A stretch of 64,000 nt of DNA. It comes from Gemmatimonas sp. (GTDB lineage Bacteria; Gemmatimonadota; Gemmatimonadetes; Gemmatimonadales; Gemmatimonadaceae). This document shows positions 9,130 through 19,584 of the stretch, one piece after another (position 1 is the first letter of the stretch; each line of letters starts with the position of its first letter). The stretch is from contig OZ257156.1 in NCBI GenBank assembly GCA_965279375.1, positions 1,728,001-1,792,000 of the forward strand, given 5' to 3'. A model generated the notes under the pieces. That model was not told where the DNA came from. It did not search any database and saw nothing but the letters and a program-made list of their open reading frames with translations. The translations under genes and the position numbers were made by a program.

Positions 9130-11859
9130 ATGCACATTGGACGTTCGCGTTCCCTCAAATGCCGCACCGCCGCGCTGCTGGCCGGCCTGTGCGCTTCTGC
9201 GCCGTTGGCCGCGCAGACCACCGGTACGGTGCAGGGGAAAGTCACGACTGCCGGCTCTGACGATGGTCTACCCGGCGCTTCGGTGAGTTTTTCCGGTACC
9301 ACGGTTGGCGCGGTCACTCGTGCCGACGGTGCCTACCGCGTGGTCCTCAAGCCCGGCACCTACGAACTCCGCGTGCGGCTACTCGGATACTCGAGCAGGC
9401 GAGACACCGTTGTCGTTGCGGCGGGTGCCGCTGTCACGCGCAACTACGCGTTGTCCAAGTCGGCCACCCAGCTCGATCAGGTGGCGGTCACGGGATCGCG
9501 CGCGGGAGCGCGCACGGTGGTGACGAGTCCTGTGCCCGTGGACGTGCTCAATGCCACGGAGCTGACGCAGACGGGTCGCGTGGAAACGGCGCAGATGATT
9601 CAGGCCGTCGCACCGTCGTTCAACTTTCCGCGTCCCGCCGTTGCGGACGGAACCGACCACGTGCGACCTGCCACCCTGCGCGGACTCGGCCCGGACCAGA
9701 CGCTCGTGCTGGTGAACGGCAAACGCCGCTACACCAGCGCGCTGGTCAACAACAACGGCACGGTCGGTCGCGGTACGTCGGCGGTGGACCTCAATGCAAT
9801 TCCCGCGTCGATGATCGAGCGCATCGAGATCCTGCGTGATGGCGCCGCCGCGCAGTACGGCTCCGACGCGATCGCCGGCGTGATCAACATCATTCTCAAG
9901 GGCGCAGGCGGTGGCGGTGGCTCCGTTCAGACTGGCCAGTTCAACACCGATGTGCCAAGCCTCGGCAAACGCAACGACGGAGGCAACACGGCCGTCGGTA
10001 TCGACAACAGCGCGCGCATCGGCAACAACGGGTTCATTCACGGCGGACTCGAGTACCGCAACCGTGCGATGACCAATCGCAGCTTCGCCGACCCGCGCGT
10101 GCAGTTCTCCGCGACGGACCCTCGCGAGGCAACCGCGAATCGTTTCACGCACTGGTCAGGCGATGCGGCAACGGCCGATGTCGTCGGCATGTACAACGCC
10201 GGCATCAATCTCAATGGCGGCGCGCAGGTGTACTCGTTCGGATCGTTCGGACGTCGCGATGGCCGTTCCACGGGCTTCTTCCGTCGCCCGACACAGACCA
10301 CGCAGGTGGTGCGCTCCAAGTTTCCCAATGGATTCCTTCCCAACATCGGCAGCGAAATTCTCGACTATGCCGGCTCCGTCGGCATCAAGGGCGAGGCGAA
10401 GAAGTGGCGCTACGACGTGAGTCAGGTGATGGGTGGCAACTCCTTCAACTTCCTGATCAGCAATTCCGTCAACGCGTCGATGGGCGATCGCAGTCCCACC
10501 TCGTTCGATGCAGGTACGCTCGGATTCAAACAGGCCGTCACCAACCTCGACTTCTTCCGCGGCTTTGAAGCGGCGGGCAAGCCCTTGCGCGTCGCGACCG
10601 GCGCCGAAGTGCGGTGGGAAGGCTACTCGATCGCGGAAGGTGACAGCGCGTCGTGGATTTCCGGAGGTGAGCGTGCGCGAGACATCAACGGCAATCTCAC
10701 AACCGCGCTCGCGCTGCCGGGCTCGCAGGTGTTTCCCGGCTTCTCGCCCAAGGATGCGACCAATCAGTCGCGCACGGCGGTTGCGGCCTACGTGGATCTC
10801 GAGAGCGACGTGAGCAAGCAGCTGTTGCTCGGCGCGGCAGCGCGCATCGAGAACTTCAGCGACTTCGGATCGCAGGCAACGGGCAAGTTCACGGCGCGCT
10901 TCGCACCGTCGGAGAAGTTCGCGCTGCGCGGCGGTGCGGCGACGGGCTTCCGGGCGCCGTCGTTGCAGCAGAGCTTCTTCACCTCCACGGCCACGACGTT
11001 CTCCAACGGTCTGCCGGTCGACCTGCGCACGCTTCCTGTGGCCAGTCGCGAAGCACGGCTGCTCGGTGCACGTGATCTGACACCGGAAACGTCGATCAAT
11101 CTGAGCGCCGGCATCACGCTGCAGCCGACCAGTGCGTTCACGATCACGACGGACTACTACAACATCGCGATCAAGGATCGCGTCGTGCTCTCGGAGAATT
11201 TCCAGGGCGCCGCAGTTGCCAACTTCTTTGCGACGAACGGTTTTCCGCAGGTGAGCGGCGGTCGCTACTTCACGAACGCGATCGACACGCGCACGTGGGG
11301 GCTCGATGTGGTGGGCAACTACGGCGTGAATCTGGGCACGGCCGGTCAGCTGCGCTTCACCGCCGGCTACAATCAGAACAAGACGCGGGTGTCGCGCGTT
11401 GTCATCAAGACGCCACCGCAGCTCGCCGCGTTCAACGAGCAGCTCTTCGGTCGCGCCGAACGTGGCCGCATCGAAGTGGGTCAGCCGCGCAACAACCTGT
11501 TGCTGACGGGCATGTACGATCGGAAGCGCTTCTCGCTGACGATGCGCACGCAGCGCTTCGGCGAAGTGACGTCGATGGCGGCGTTGGCCACGGGCACCGC
11601 GCGTCAGGTGCCCGACCAGACGTACTCGGCCAAGTTCATCACCGATATCAGCGCGGCCTACCGCTTCTTCAATCGCGCAACGGTCACCCTGGGTTCGGAC
11701 AACGTGTTCGACGTCTATCCGGACCAGAACAAGGACCTGGGTGACGTGGCCACGGGCTACGGTGGTCAGGGCACGTTCGGCGTCTTCCGCTTCTCCGGCT
11801 TGTCGCCGTTCGGCTTCAACGGACGCTATGTCTACGCGCGGTTAGGCTTCAGCCTGTAG
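9130..11859 (+). CDS. TonB-dependent receptor
   Basis: AGGAG RBS; N-terminal carboxypeptidase-regulatory-like domain; plug motifs LRGLGPDQTLVLVNGKR and IERIEILRDGAAAQYGSDAIAGVINIIL; TGFRAPSL; terminal GRYVYARLGFSL. Confidence 0.93.
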   Translation: MHIGRSRSLKCRTAALLAGLCASAPLAAQTTGTVQGKVTTAGSDDGLPGASVSFSGTTVGAVTRADGAYRVVLKPGTYELRVRLLGYSSRRDTVVVAAGAAVTRNYALSKSATQLDQVAVTGSRAGARTVVTSPVPVDVLNATELTQTGRVETAQMIQAVAPSFNFPRPAVADGTDHVRPATLRGLGPDQTLVLVNGKRRYTSALVNNNGTVGRGTSAVDLNAIPASMIERIEILRDGAAAQYGSDAIAGVINIILKGAGGGGGSVQTGQFNTDVPSLGKRNDGGNTAVGIDNSARIGNNGFIHGGLEYRNRAMTNRSFADPRVQFSATDPREATANRFTHWSGDAATADVVGMYNAGINLNGGAQVYSFGSFGRRDGRSTGFFRRPTQTTQVVRSKFPNGFLPNIGSEILDYAGSVGIKGEAKKWRYDVSQVMGGNSFNFLISNSVNASMGDRSPTSFDAGTLGFKQAVTNLDFFRGFEAAGKPLRVATGAEVRWEGYSIAEGDSASWISGGERARDINGNLTTALALPGSQVFPGFSPKDATNQSRTAVAAYVDLESDVSKQLLLGAAARIENFSDFGSQATGKFTARFAPSEKFALRGGAATGFRAPSLQQSFFTSTATTFSNGLPVDLRTLPVASREARLLGARDLTPETSINLSAGITLQPTSAFTITTDYYNIAIKDRVVLSENFQGAAVANFFATNGFPQVSGGRYFTNAIDTRTWGLDVVGNYGVNLGTAGQLRFTAGYNQNKTRVSRVVIKTPPQLAAFNEQLFGRAERGRIEVGQPRNNLLLTGMYDRKRFSLTMRTQRFGEVTSMAALATGTARQVPDQTYSAKFITDISAAYRFFNRATVTLGSDNVFDVYPDQNKDLGDVATGYGGQGTFGVFRFSGLSPFGFNGRYVYARLGFSL

Positions 11860-11877
11860 TCGTCGCTGGCAGACACC

Positions 11878-11913
11878 AACGAGGGCGCGTGCCATGCGGT
11901 ACGCGCCCTCGTT
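11878..11913. terminator. Hairpin between convergent TBDR and ggt genes
   Basis: AACGAGGGCGCGT...ACGCGCCCTCGTT inverted repeat. Confidence 0.6.
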
Positions 11914-11939
11914 CTATCCGGTGCCCCTGCCGAAACGCT

Positions 11940-13658
11940 TCAGTACCCCTTGGCCAATCCAAATCCGCGCGGCTCACTCACGCCGCGCCACACGGTGCCG
12001 TCGCGGTGAATGCTTTGCACGGTTGCCAAGCCGCCCCACGGTGAACGCTTCACGGCGTGGCCGAGCGGGCGCATGAAGTTGGCGGCGCTATCTGCCCATG
12101 GAATGGCCTCCACCACGAGCGAATCCGGCACATCCTGGTGGTGGAACTGCGGAGCGGCCATCGCGTCGCCGATCGACTTGTTGTAGTCGAACACGCTGAT
12201 GATCAGATGCGCGACGGCCGTGATGATGTACGCGCCGCCAGCTGCACCCGTGACCAGCACCGGCGAGCCCGCCGAGTCGAGCACGATGGTAGGCGTCATG
12301 CTGGAGAGCATGCGCTTCCCCGGTGCGATCGCATTCGTCGATCCCTGCACGAGTCCCATTGCGTTCACCGCGCCCACTTTCGCGGTGAAGTCATCCATCT
12401 CGTCGTTGAGCAGAAACTGTCCGCCCGGCACGGTGAACGCGGCGCCGTAGCTTTCGTTGAGCGTCGTCGTGATGGACACGGCGTTCCCCTTCTCATCCAC
12501 AATGGAGAAGTGCGTTGTGTGGCGCTTGTCCTTGGGTGCCTCTGCTGCGGGGCTTCCCGACGACATCTCACCGATCTCTGCTGCCAGCGCGGCCGCCGTG
12601 TCCTTCGACAGGAACGACGCCACCGGGATAGTCACGAATGCCGGATCCCCGAGTAGGGAATTGCGACGCGCAAAGGCGCGACGCTCGGCCTCTGCCAGCG
12701 TGTGAATGGACGCAGGCGTGCGCCAACCCAGTGCTGCGACGTCCTTGCGCTCGAGGATGCCGAGGATGAGGCCGAGTGTGAGACCACCGGAAGAGACTGG
12801 CGGCATCGAGACGATGTGATGGCCGCGGTAGTCGAACTCGATGGGCGTGCGCCAAATCGGCTGATAGCCCGCGAGGTCTTCGTGTGTGATGATGCCGCCG
12901 CCCTGCTTCATTGCCGCAACGATCAGATCGGCCGTCTCGCCCTTGTAGAAGCCATCGCGCCCGGCATCGGCGATGCGCTGCAATACGGATGAGAGTTGCG
13001 GCGCGCGCCAGTTCTTGCCGATGGGAAGGAACTTGCCGTCTTGCAGAAAGAGCGCGGCACTGGCCGAGTCTTTCGCAAGTCGATGCGCACCATTCTCGTC
13101 GTCGTCACGGAACGCGGTGTCGATGGGGAAGCCAGTGACGGCGAGCGCCATCGCGGGCTTCACGAGCTCGGCCCACGGCTTCGAGCCGAACTTGCGATGC
13201 GCTTCGAAGAGTCCGGCCACGGAGCCGGGCACGCCGGCCGCGAGCGCGCCGGTGACGCTCTTGTCGGTGAGGTTGCCCTGCGCGTCCAGGTACATGTCGC
13301 GCGTCGCGGCTTTGGGCGCCGTCTCGCGGAAATCGAGCGCGACGCTTTGCCCGTTGATGCGCGCGACCATGAATCCGCCGCCGCCGACGTTGCCAGCGGC
13401 CGGGTACGTGACAGCCAGCGTCATCGCGACGGCGACCGCAGCGTCTATGGCATTGCCACCCTTCTTGAGCACCGCCAGTCCTGCTTCGGTAGCCAGCGGC
13501 GATGCGGAGACCACCATCGCCGAGTTGGCCGTCGCGACGACGGCCGGTCGCGCGAGCGACGACGAAGTGCCCCCGGTCGAGGTGTCGGCAGGGGCAGAGG
13601 CGGGGCCGCACGCGCCAAGGAGCGTGCAGGAGGTGAGCAGGATCGAGCGAGCACGCAT
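11940..13658 (-). CDS. ggt: Gamma-glutamyltransferase, predicted lipoprotein
   Basis: GGNAIDAAVA, GNVGGGGF, DFRETAP, catalytic HTTHFS, LNDEMDDF, PGKRMLSSMTP; lipobox LGAC. Confidence 0.95.
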   Translation of the reverse strand: MRARSILLTSCTLLGACGPASAPADTSTGGTSSSLARPAVVATANSAMVVSASPLATEAGLAVLKKGGNAIDAAVAVAMTLAVTYPAAGNVGGGGFMVARINGQSVALDFRETAPKAATRDMYLDAQGNLTDKSVTGALAAGVPGSVAGLFEAHRKFGSKPWAELVKPAMALAVTGFPIDTAFRDDDENGAHRLAKDSASAALFLQDGKFLPIGKNWRAPQLSSVLQRIADAGRDGFYKGETADLIVAAMKQGGGIITHEDLAGYQPIWRTPIEFDYRGHHIVSMPPVSSGGLTLGLILGILERKDVAALGWRTPASIHTLAEAERRAFARRNSLLGDPAFVTIPVASFLSKDTAAALAAEIGEMSSGSPAAEAPKDKRHTTHFSIVDEKGNAVSITTTLNESYGAAFTVPGGQFLLNDEMDDFTAKVGAVNAMGLVQGSTNAIAPGKRMLSSMTPTIVLDSAGSPVLVTGAAGGAYIITAVAHLIISVFDYNKSIGDAMAAPQFHHQDVPDSLVVEAIPWADSAANFMRPLGHAVKRSPWGGLATVQSIHRDGTVWRGVSEPRGFGLAKGY

Positions 13659-13861
13659 GAGGCAGGGGGCTGGGCGGAAGTCGTCGTGTTGGTGCGGTTG
13701 TCCCACACGAACCACACGAAGCTGGCCCCATTCACGCGTTCCCGAAAGGAAGCGAAGATGTGATACCCTGTGTCAACAGCGCAGGCGACGCTGCCGTCAC
13801 TGTCGTTCTCTCATGGCAGAGAGACTATATGCATTTATGCGCGGATGGTCCCTAGGACGGT

Positions 13862-13890
13862 TTGACAGCCTGTTGGAGCGCACGTAACCT
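13862..13890 (+). promoter_or_regulatory. Sigma70-type promoter of the susCD operon
   Basis: TTGACA(13862-67)-N17-TAACCT(13885-90). Confidence 0.65.
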
Positions 13891-14033
13891 AGGTCACCGA
13901 GTCACGCGTCCGTCACGAACGCATCGACTTTTTGCGTCGAAGGGATCCGGTTCCCACCAAGTGACATCAGCGCCATGACGTTCCACCGAACGTCCGCACG
14001 ACAGCTCGCTGATTACCACCACCCGGTACAGGC

Positions 14034-17000
14034 ATGATGAAGCAACGAATACTCACGGTGTTGATGGGCACGTTCCTCTGTGCGATGCCGCTGGCCGCAC
14101 AGACGAAGACGGTGAAAGGAACGGTGACGCGCGATGTCGGCGTGCCCCTGTCCGGCGTCTCCGTCGTCGTGAAGGGAACGACCACAAGCACCCAATCCGA
14201 TAACAGCGGCAACTACTCGATTCGCGTCGATGCCGGACAGGTGCTGCAGTTTCGTCTGATCGGCTACTTGCCTCGCGAACGCACGGTGGGCGTCGAGAAC
14301 GTGATCAGCGTGCAGCTCGAGAAGGCGGCAAGCAACCTCGATGCCATCGTTGTGACGGCACTCGGCCAAACCACGACACAGCGCAGTCTCGGTACGTCGC
14401 AGCAAACCGTTATCGGCGCGGATGTCGCGCAGACCGGTCGCGAGAACTTCATCAACGGCCTGCAGGGTCGCGTGGCCGGCGTGGAAGTGACGAGCACCTC
14501 GGGCGTGCCCGGTGCGTCGTCGTCCATCACGATTCGCGGCGTCAGCTCGATCAGCGGCAGCAACCAGCCGCTCATGATCATCGACGGCCTGCCGATGGAC
14601 AACAAGACGCTCAATACGGGCTCTCTGGCGTCCGACGGTCCGGGCTCGACGACGGCGTTCAGCAACCGCGGTCTCGACTTCACCAACCGCGCTGCGGACG
14701 TGAACCCGGAAGACATCGAGAGCATGGTCGTGCTCAAGGGTCCGGAAGCAGCCGCACTTTACGGTATCGACGCGGCCAACGGCGCGATCGTCATCACCAC
14801 CAAGCGTGGTCGCCCGGGCACCGGCGGCTTTGAGTACTCCAATCGCTTCCGTATCGATGCCACGCGGACGAAGCCGGAGCTGCAGCAGACCTACGGCCCC
14901 ACCGCGATCGCTGGCAACCTGCTCGGCCAGTTCTCGTACTTCGGCCTGCCGTACGCGACCGGCACCAAGTTCTACGACAACGTCGATGGCTTCTTCCAGC
15001 GCGCGATGTCGCAGCAACACAACGTCACGTTCAGCGGGGCGTCGGCAGACAATCGGGTGAACTACCGCATCGGTGTCGCGGCGAATCAGCAGGGAAGTGT
15101 GGTCCCCAACTCGGACTACACGCGAATCAACCTGACTGGTGCCGGTGGTGCGACGGTGACCAGCTGGCTCAAGGCCGACCTGTCGATGCAGTACGCGCAG
15201 TCGGATAACAACCAGGCGCTCAAGGGCGACAACGGCCCGCTGATCGGCTTGCTGCTCTGGCCGCAGACGGACGACGCCAAGGACTATCTGACGCCGGCCG
15301 GAACGCGTCGTCGCATCACGTCACTGGCAACGAACTCGGAGACGGACAACCCGTACTTCAGCGTCAACAAGAACCGCGTGACGTCGCGCAACGGTCGCCT
15401 GATCGCGAACCTTGGCCTGACGCTCACGCCGTTCAAGTGGGGCTACCTCAAGACCAACATCGGCTCTGACGGCTACACCAACGAGAACGTCATCCTGCGT
15501 CACCCGGAAAGCGCCGGCGTGGCCAACAACAGCCAGGGCATTCTCGACGATGCGACGGACGTGGTGCGCAACCTCAATGCGCAGACACTGTTCAACGTCA
15601 ACAGCATCAAGCTGACGAAGAACCTGTCCATCAACGGCCTCGTGGGAAATCAGGTCTCCGACTTCCGCTCTGAAGTGAGCGCGCTCGGCGGCCAGAACTT
15701 CCTCGACCCGAACTTCGTGTCGATCAACAACACGAGCATCCGCGTCAACCGCACCATCACCACGCAGCGTCGCCTCGTGAGCGCGTTCGGTAGCGCCACG
15801 GTGAACTACCACGACTACCTGTACGTGACGGCGACGGGTCGTAACGACTGGACCTCGACGATTCCGATCGAGCGCAACTCGTTCTTCTACCCCTCCATCC
15901 AGAGCAGCTTCATCTTCTCTGAAGCGTTCCCCGCGGTGGCGAAGTACGTGACTGGCAAGCTGCGCGCCAGCTATGCCGAAGTGGGCAAGGACGCGCGTCC
16001 GTACGCCTTCCGCCCGTCGCTGGAAAACAAGACGACCTCGTACGGCGGCTATGGCTACGGCTTCACCGGCCCGAACCTCAACCTGCGTCCCGAGTTCGCC
16101 ACGTCGTACGAGTACGGCACGGAGCTCGGCTTCTTCGACAACCGTCTTGGCCTCGACGTCACGACGTACCAGAAGGAAACGACCGATCAGATCGTGAATG
16201 ACATTCGTGGTTCGTATGCCACGGGCTTCATTCTGTTCAACCTGAACGGCGCCTCGACGCGCAACCGCGGTGTGGAAATCACGCTGCGCGGCACGCCGGT
16301 GCTCAAGCAGGGCTTCACGTGGGACGTGATCGCCAATTTCGAACGCGCTCGCGGCAAGGTGCTCGCGCTGCCGAATGCACTGCCTGAGTCGTACGTGTCC
16401 GACACGTGGCTGTATGGCAACGTCCGCAACGGCGTGCAGCCTGGCCTCTCCACGCGCTCGCTGACTGGTCTCTTTTACCTGCGCAACAGCAAGAAGCAGC
16501 TGCTGATCGACCCGACCACGGGCCTCCCGCTGCGTTCGACGGCGTTCATCGACGGCGGTTACGATCGTCAGCCCGACTACACCGTCGGCGTCACGAACAC
16601 CATCAAGTACAAGCGTGTCTCGCTCAGCTTCCTGCTCGACTTCCGGAAGGGCGGCGACGTGTTCAACGCGACGGAGCACTTCCTGACCTCGCGCGGCTTG
16701 ACCACGCGCACGCTCGATCGCGAGAAGCCGCGCGTGATCGATGGCGTGCTGCGTGACGGCAAGGAGAACAGTGCGACGCCGACCAAGAACACGATCGTCG
16801 TGATTCCGGCCCTGCAGCCGGCGTACTACACCAACATCAGCGAAGAACTGTTCATCGAGAAGAACATCAACTGGGTGCGTCTGCGTGACGTCACGCTGCG
16901 CACGACGCTGCCGGGCAAGTACTTCAAGGCCCGCGACGCGAGCTTCTATGTGACCGGCACCGATCTGTTCCTCTTCACCAACTACTCCGGTCTCGACCCG

Positions 17001-17111
17001 ATCGTGAACGGCAACAGCGCGGCAGTGGGCGGTTCGGGCGGCGTTGGCATCGACTACGGAAATTTCCCGATGCCGCGTGGCTTCGCCTTCGGCCTCAAGA
17101 TGGGGTACTAA
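14034..17111 (+). CDS. susC: SusC/RagA-family TonB-linked outer-membrane transporter
   Basis: VVTALG, LQGRVAGV, IRGVSSI, DVNPEDIESMVVLKGPEAAALYG..AANGAIVITTK; YPS and P.PR C-terminal motifs. Confidence 0.95.
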   Translation: MMKQRILTVLMGTFLCAMPLAAQTKTVKGTVTRDVGVPLSGVSVVVKGTTTSTQSDNSGNYSIRVDAGQVLQFRLIGYLPRERTVGVENVISVQLEKAASNLDAIVVTALGQTTTQRSLGTSQQTVIGADVAQTGRENFINGLQGRVAGVEVTSTSGVPGASSSITIRGVSSISGSNQPLMIIDGLPMDNKTLNTGSLASDGPGSTTAFSNRGLDFTNRAADVNPEDIESMVVLKGPEAAALYGIDAANGAIVITTKRGRPGTGGFEYSNRFRIDATRTKPELQQTYGPTAIAGNLLGQFSYFGLPYATGTKFYDNVDGFFQRAMSQQHNVTFSGASADNRVNYRIGVAANQQGSVVPNSDYTRINLTGAGGATVTSWLKADLSMQYAQSDNNQALKGDNGPLIGLLLWPQTDDAKDYLTPAGTRRRITSLATNSETDNPYFSVNKNRVTSRNGRLIANLGLTLTPFKWGYLKTNIGSDGYTNENVILRHPESAGVANNSQGILDDATDVVRNLNAQTLFNVNSIKLTKNLSINGLVGNQVSDFRSEVSALGGQNFLDPNFVSINNTSIRVNRTITTQRRLVSAFGSATVNYHDYLYVTATGRNDWTSTIPIERNSFFYPSIQSSFIFSEAFPAVAKYVTGKLRASYAEVGKDARPYAFRPSLENKTTSYGGYGYGFTGPNLNLRPEFATSYEYGTELGFFDNRLGLDVTTYQKETTDQIVNDIRGSYATGFILFNLNGASTRNRGVEITLRGTPVLKQGFTWDVIANFERARGKVLALPNALPESYVSDTWLYGNVRNGVQPGLSTRSLTGLFYLRNSKKQLLIDPTTGLPLRSTAFIDGGYDRQPDYTVGVTNTIKYKRVSLSFLLDFRKGGDVFNATEHFLTSRGLTTRTLDREKPRVIDGVLRDGKENSATPTKNTIVVIPALQPAYYTNISEELFIEKNINWVRLRDVTLRTTLPGKYFKARDASFYVTGTDLFLFTNYSGLDPIVNGNSAAVGGSGGVGIDYGNFPMPRGFAFGLKMGY

Positions 17112-17114
17112 ACC

Positions 17115-18683
17115 ATGAAGAAACTGTGCACCGCTCTCCTCGTTGGCGCGCTCGCGCTGCCGGCGACCAGCTGCAAGGATTTCCTCGACGTCAACACCAA
17201 TCCGAACGGACCGCAGTCGGTCTCGGCGAATCTGTATCTCGCGCCGATGCTGCACTGGATGGTGACGTCACCGCAGTTCGATGGCCGCTTCGTCGGTCGC
17301 TACACGCAACAGTGGGTGCTGACCGGTACGATCCTCAGCACGTGGGATCGCATGGGCTACGATCCCTCCAGCGACAACGGCGCGCAGCAGTGGCGCGACG
17401 TGTACTGGACGTTCGGGCAGAACCTCGTGGACATGACGGATAAGGCCAAGGCGGAAGAGCGCTGGGACCTGCTCGGCGTGGCCTATCTGCTCAAGGCGTG
17501 GGGCTGGCAGGTGACGACCGACCTGCACGGCGAGATCATCGTGAAGGAAGCGATCGATCAGACCAAGTTCGGCTTCAACTATGACTCGCAGGAGTACGCG
17601 TACCAGGAGATTCAGCGCCTGCTGAACGAGGCGATCACGAATCTCAAGCGGACCGACGGCGCCGTCGATGCGACCTACCTTGGCCGCACCGACAAGATCT
17701 ACAACGGCGACCGCGCGAAGTGGCTCAAGCTGGCGTACGGCATGCTGGCGCTCAACCTGAACCACTTCTCCAACAAGTCGTCGTACAAGCCGGCGGAAGT
17801 GATCGCTGCGGTGAACCAGTCGTTGGCGAGCAATGCGGACGATCCGCTGCTCACCTACCCGGCCACGCAGAATGACGAGATCAACTTCTACGGCCGCACG
17901 CGTGGCAACTACAACGCGTATCGCCAGACGCAGTTCGTCACCAACCTGATGAACGGCACCTTCACGGGCGGTCTGGTCGATCCGCGAATGAGCCGCATGC
18001 TCTCGCCTGCGCCTGACGGCGTGTATCGTGGCCTCGACGTGAACGTCGTCGGCTTCGGTGCGCTCTCCACGACCCAGCAGCCGAACAACTTCTACGGCTT
18101 CGCCGGCACTGGCGGATTGGGCGTCCCCGGCCGCTACATCTTCGACGACAAGGCGAAGCTGCCGGTGATGACGTACGCCGAGCTGCAGTTCATCAAGGCG
18201 GAAGCGGCGTACAAGCTGGGCGACAAGGCAACGGCCTATGCCGCGTATCTCGCCGGCGTCAGCGCACACTTCGACTTCGTCAACGCGCGCAACAGTGACA
18301 ACGGCCAGTCACCGACGCAGATCACCGCGGCGGAAAAGGCGGCCTATCTCGGCAATGCGTTCGTTGCACCGGGCGCGGCGAATCTGACGCTCACGCACAT
18401 CATGACGCAGAAGTACCTGGCCTTGTGGGGCTGGGGGCACAACGAGATCTGGATGGACATGCGGCGCTACCACTACACCGATGTCGATCCGGCCAGCGGC
18501 ACTCAGGTGTATCCGGGCTTCACGGCGCCGGTCAACCTGTATCCCGACAACAGCGGAAAGATCGTGCAGCGCATCCGCCCGCGATTCAACTCGGAGTATG
18601 TGTGGAACGTGCCGGCGCTGACCGCCATCGGCGGACTCGCGCTCGACTACCACACGAAGCCGCTCTGGATCACTCAACCGTAA
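17115..18683 (+). CDS. susD: SusD/RagB-family lipoprotein
   Basis: Lipobox TSC followed by DFLDVNTNPN; YAELQFIKAEA; IMTQKY; W.DMRR; directly after susC. Confidence 0.93.
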   Translation: MKKLCTALLVGALALPATSCKDFLDVNTNPNGPQSVSANLYLAPMLHWMVTSPQFDGRFVGRYTQQWVLTGTILSTWDRMGYDPSSDNGAQQWRDVYWTFGQNLVDMTDKAKAEERWDLLGVAYLLKAWGWQVTTDLHGEIIVKEAIDQTKFGFNYDSQEYAYQEIQRLLNEAITNLKRTDGAVDATYLGRTDKIYNGDRAKWLKLAYGMLALNLNHFSNKSSYKPAEVIAAVNQSLASNADDPLLTYPATQNDEINFYGRTRGNYNAYRQTQFVTNLMNGTFTGGLVDPRMSRMLSPAPDGVYRGLDVNVVGFGALSTTQQPNNFYGFAGTGGLGVPGRYIFDDKAKLPVMTYAELQFIKAEAAYKLGDKATAYAAYLAGVSAHFDFVNARNSDNGQSPTQITAAEKAAYLGNAFVAPGAANLTLTHIMTQKYLALWGWGHNEIWMDMRRYHYTDVDPASGTQVYPGFTAPVNLYPDNSGKIVQRIRPRFNSEYVWNVPALTAIGGLALDYHTKPLWITQP

Positions 18684-18690
18684 CCCAGCG

Positions 18691-19461
18691 ATGAAGACAT
18701 TCCGAACAATCGCCATGCTGCTGAGCGCCGTCGCGCTCGCCGCATGTGACAAGACTGCAGTCCAGGACATCACAGGTGCTCTGCCTGGGGCGCGCATCAA
18801 GTTCTTCAACTTCGGCGTGAACGCGCCGGCGGTGAATTTCTACGCGAACGACGCCAAAATCACCGCGATCCTCTCCGCCACAGGCGTCGAGTCCACAAAC
18901 GGTGTGGCCTCTGGCGGCGTTGGCTTGGGCGGCCTCTACTCGGCCGTCGAACCGGGGCAGTACACCCTTACCGGCAAGATCGCGGCAGCAGTGGACAAGG
19001 ACGTGGTGATCTCTCGTGCCACGACCACGCTCGCTGATGGAAAGGCGTACTCGTTCTACATCAGCGGCATCTACGACGCGACAGCGAAGAACGTCGAAGG
19101 CTTCGTGATCGAGGATGCATTTGCCGATACGCTCGATTTCAGAACCACGTCGGTGCGCTTCGTGAACGCCATCTCCAACGCCGCGCCGATGACGCTGTAC
19201 GTCAAGAACACCGCCACAGGCGTCGAGCAGGCGATCGGTGGAGCAACGGCGTACAAGTCGGGAACTGCGTTCGTGAAGATTCCGATTGGCGTGTACGATA
19301 TCAGCACGCGCTTCAACGGCGTGACGACCAACGCGATCAGCCGTACTGGCGTCACGTTCGCTGGCTTGCGTGACTACACCGTCGGCGCACGCGGCGACAT
19401 CACCGTCACATCCACCACGGCAGCCACTCGCCCGCAGCTGGACAACACGGCGAATCGCTGA
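18691..19461 (+). CDS. DUF4397-like lipoprotein
   Basis: Lipobox LAAC; two beta-sandwich repeats (ARIKFFN, SVRFVNAISNA); third gene of susCD operon. Confidence 0.7.
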   Translation: MKTFRTIAMLLSAVALAACDKTAVQDITGALPGARIKFFNFGVNAPAVNFYANDAKITAILSATGVESTNGVASGGVGLGGLYSAVEPGQYTLTGKIAAAVDKDVVISRATTTLADGKAYSFYISGIYDATAKNVEGFVIEDAFADTLDFRTTSVRFVNAISNAAPMTLYVKNTATGVEQAIGGATAYKSGTAFVKIPIGVYDISTRFNGVTTNAISRTGVTFAGLRDYTVGARGDITVTSTTAATRPQLDNTANR

Positions 19462-19481
19462 TTCATTGCACCGCACGTGAT

Positions 19482-19525
19482 ACACAACAGGCCCGCGGCG
19501 AACGCCGCGGGCCTGTTGTGTTTTT
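19482..19525 (+). terminator. Rho-independent terminator of the susCD operon
   Basis: ACACAACAGGCCCGCGGCG-AA-CGCCGCGGGCCTGTTGTGT followed by T-run. Confidence 0.85.
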
Positions 19526-19584
19526 GGTGGGTGCGCACGGTCGCTGGCGCCTGCCGTTCGGCATTCGCGCCGCACTGCGCGATG

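Noticed and set aside
13659..14033. Riboswitch upstream of susC or ggt
   Set aside because: No recognisable B12/TPP/SAM/glycine core; only a sigma70 promoter and short hairpins
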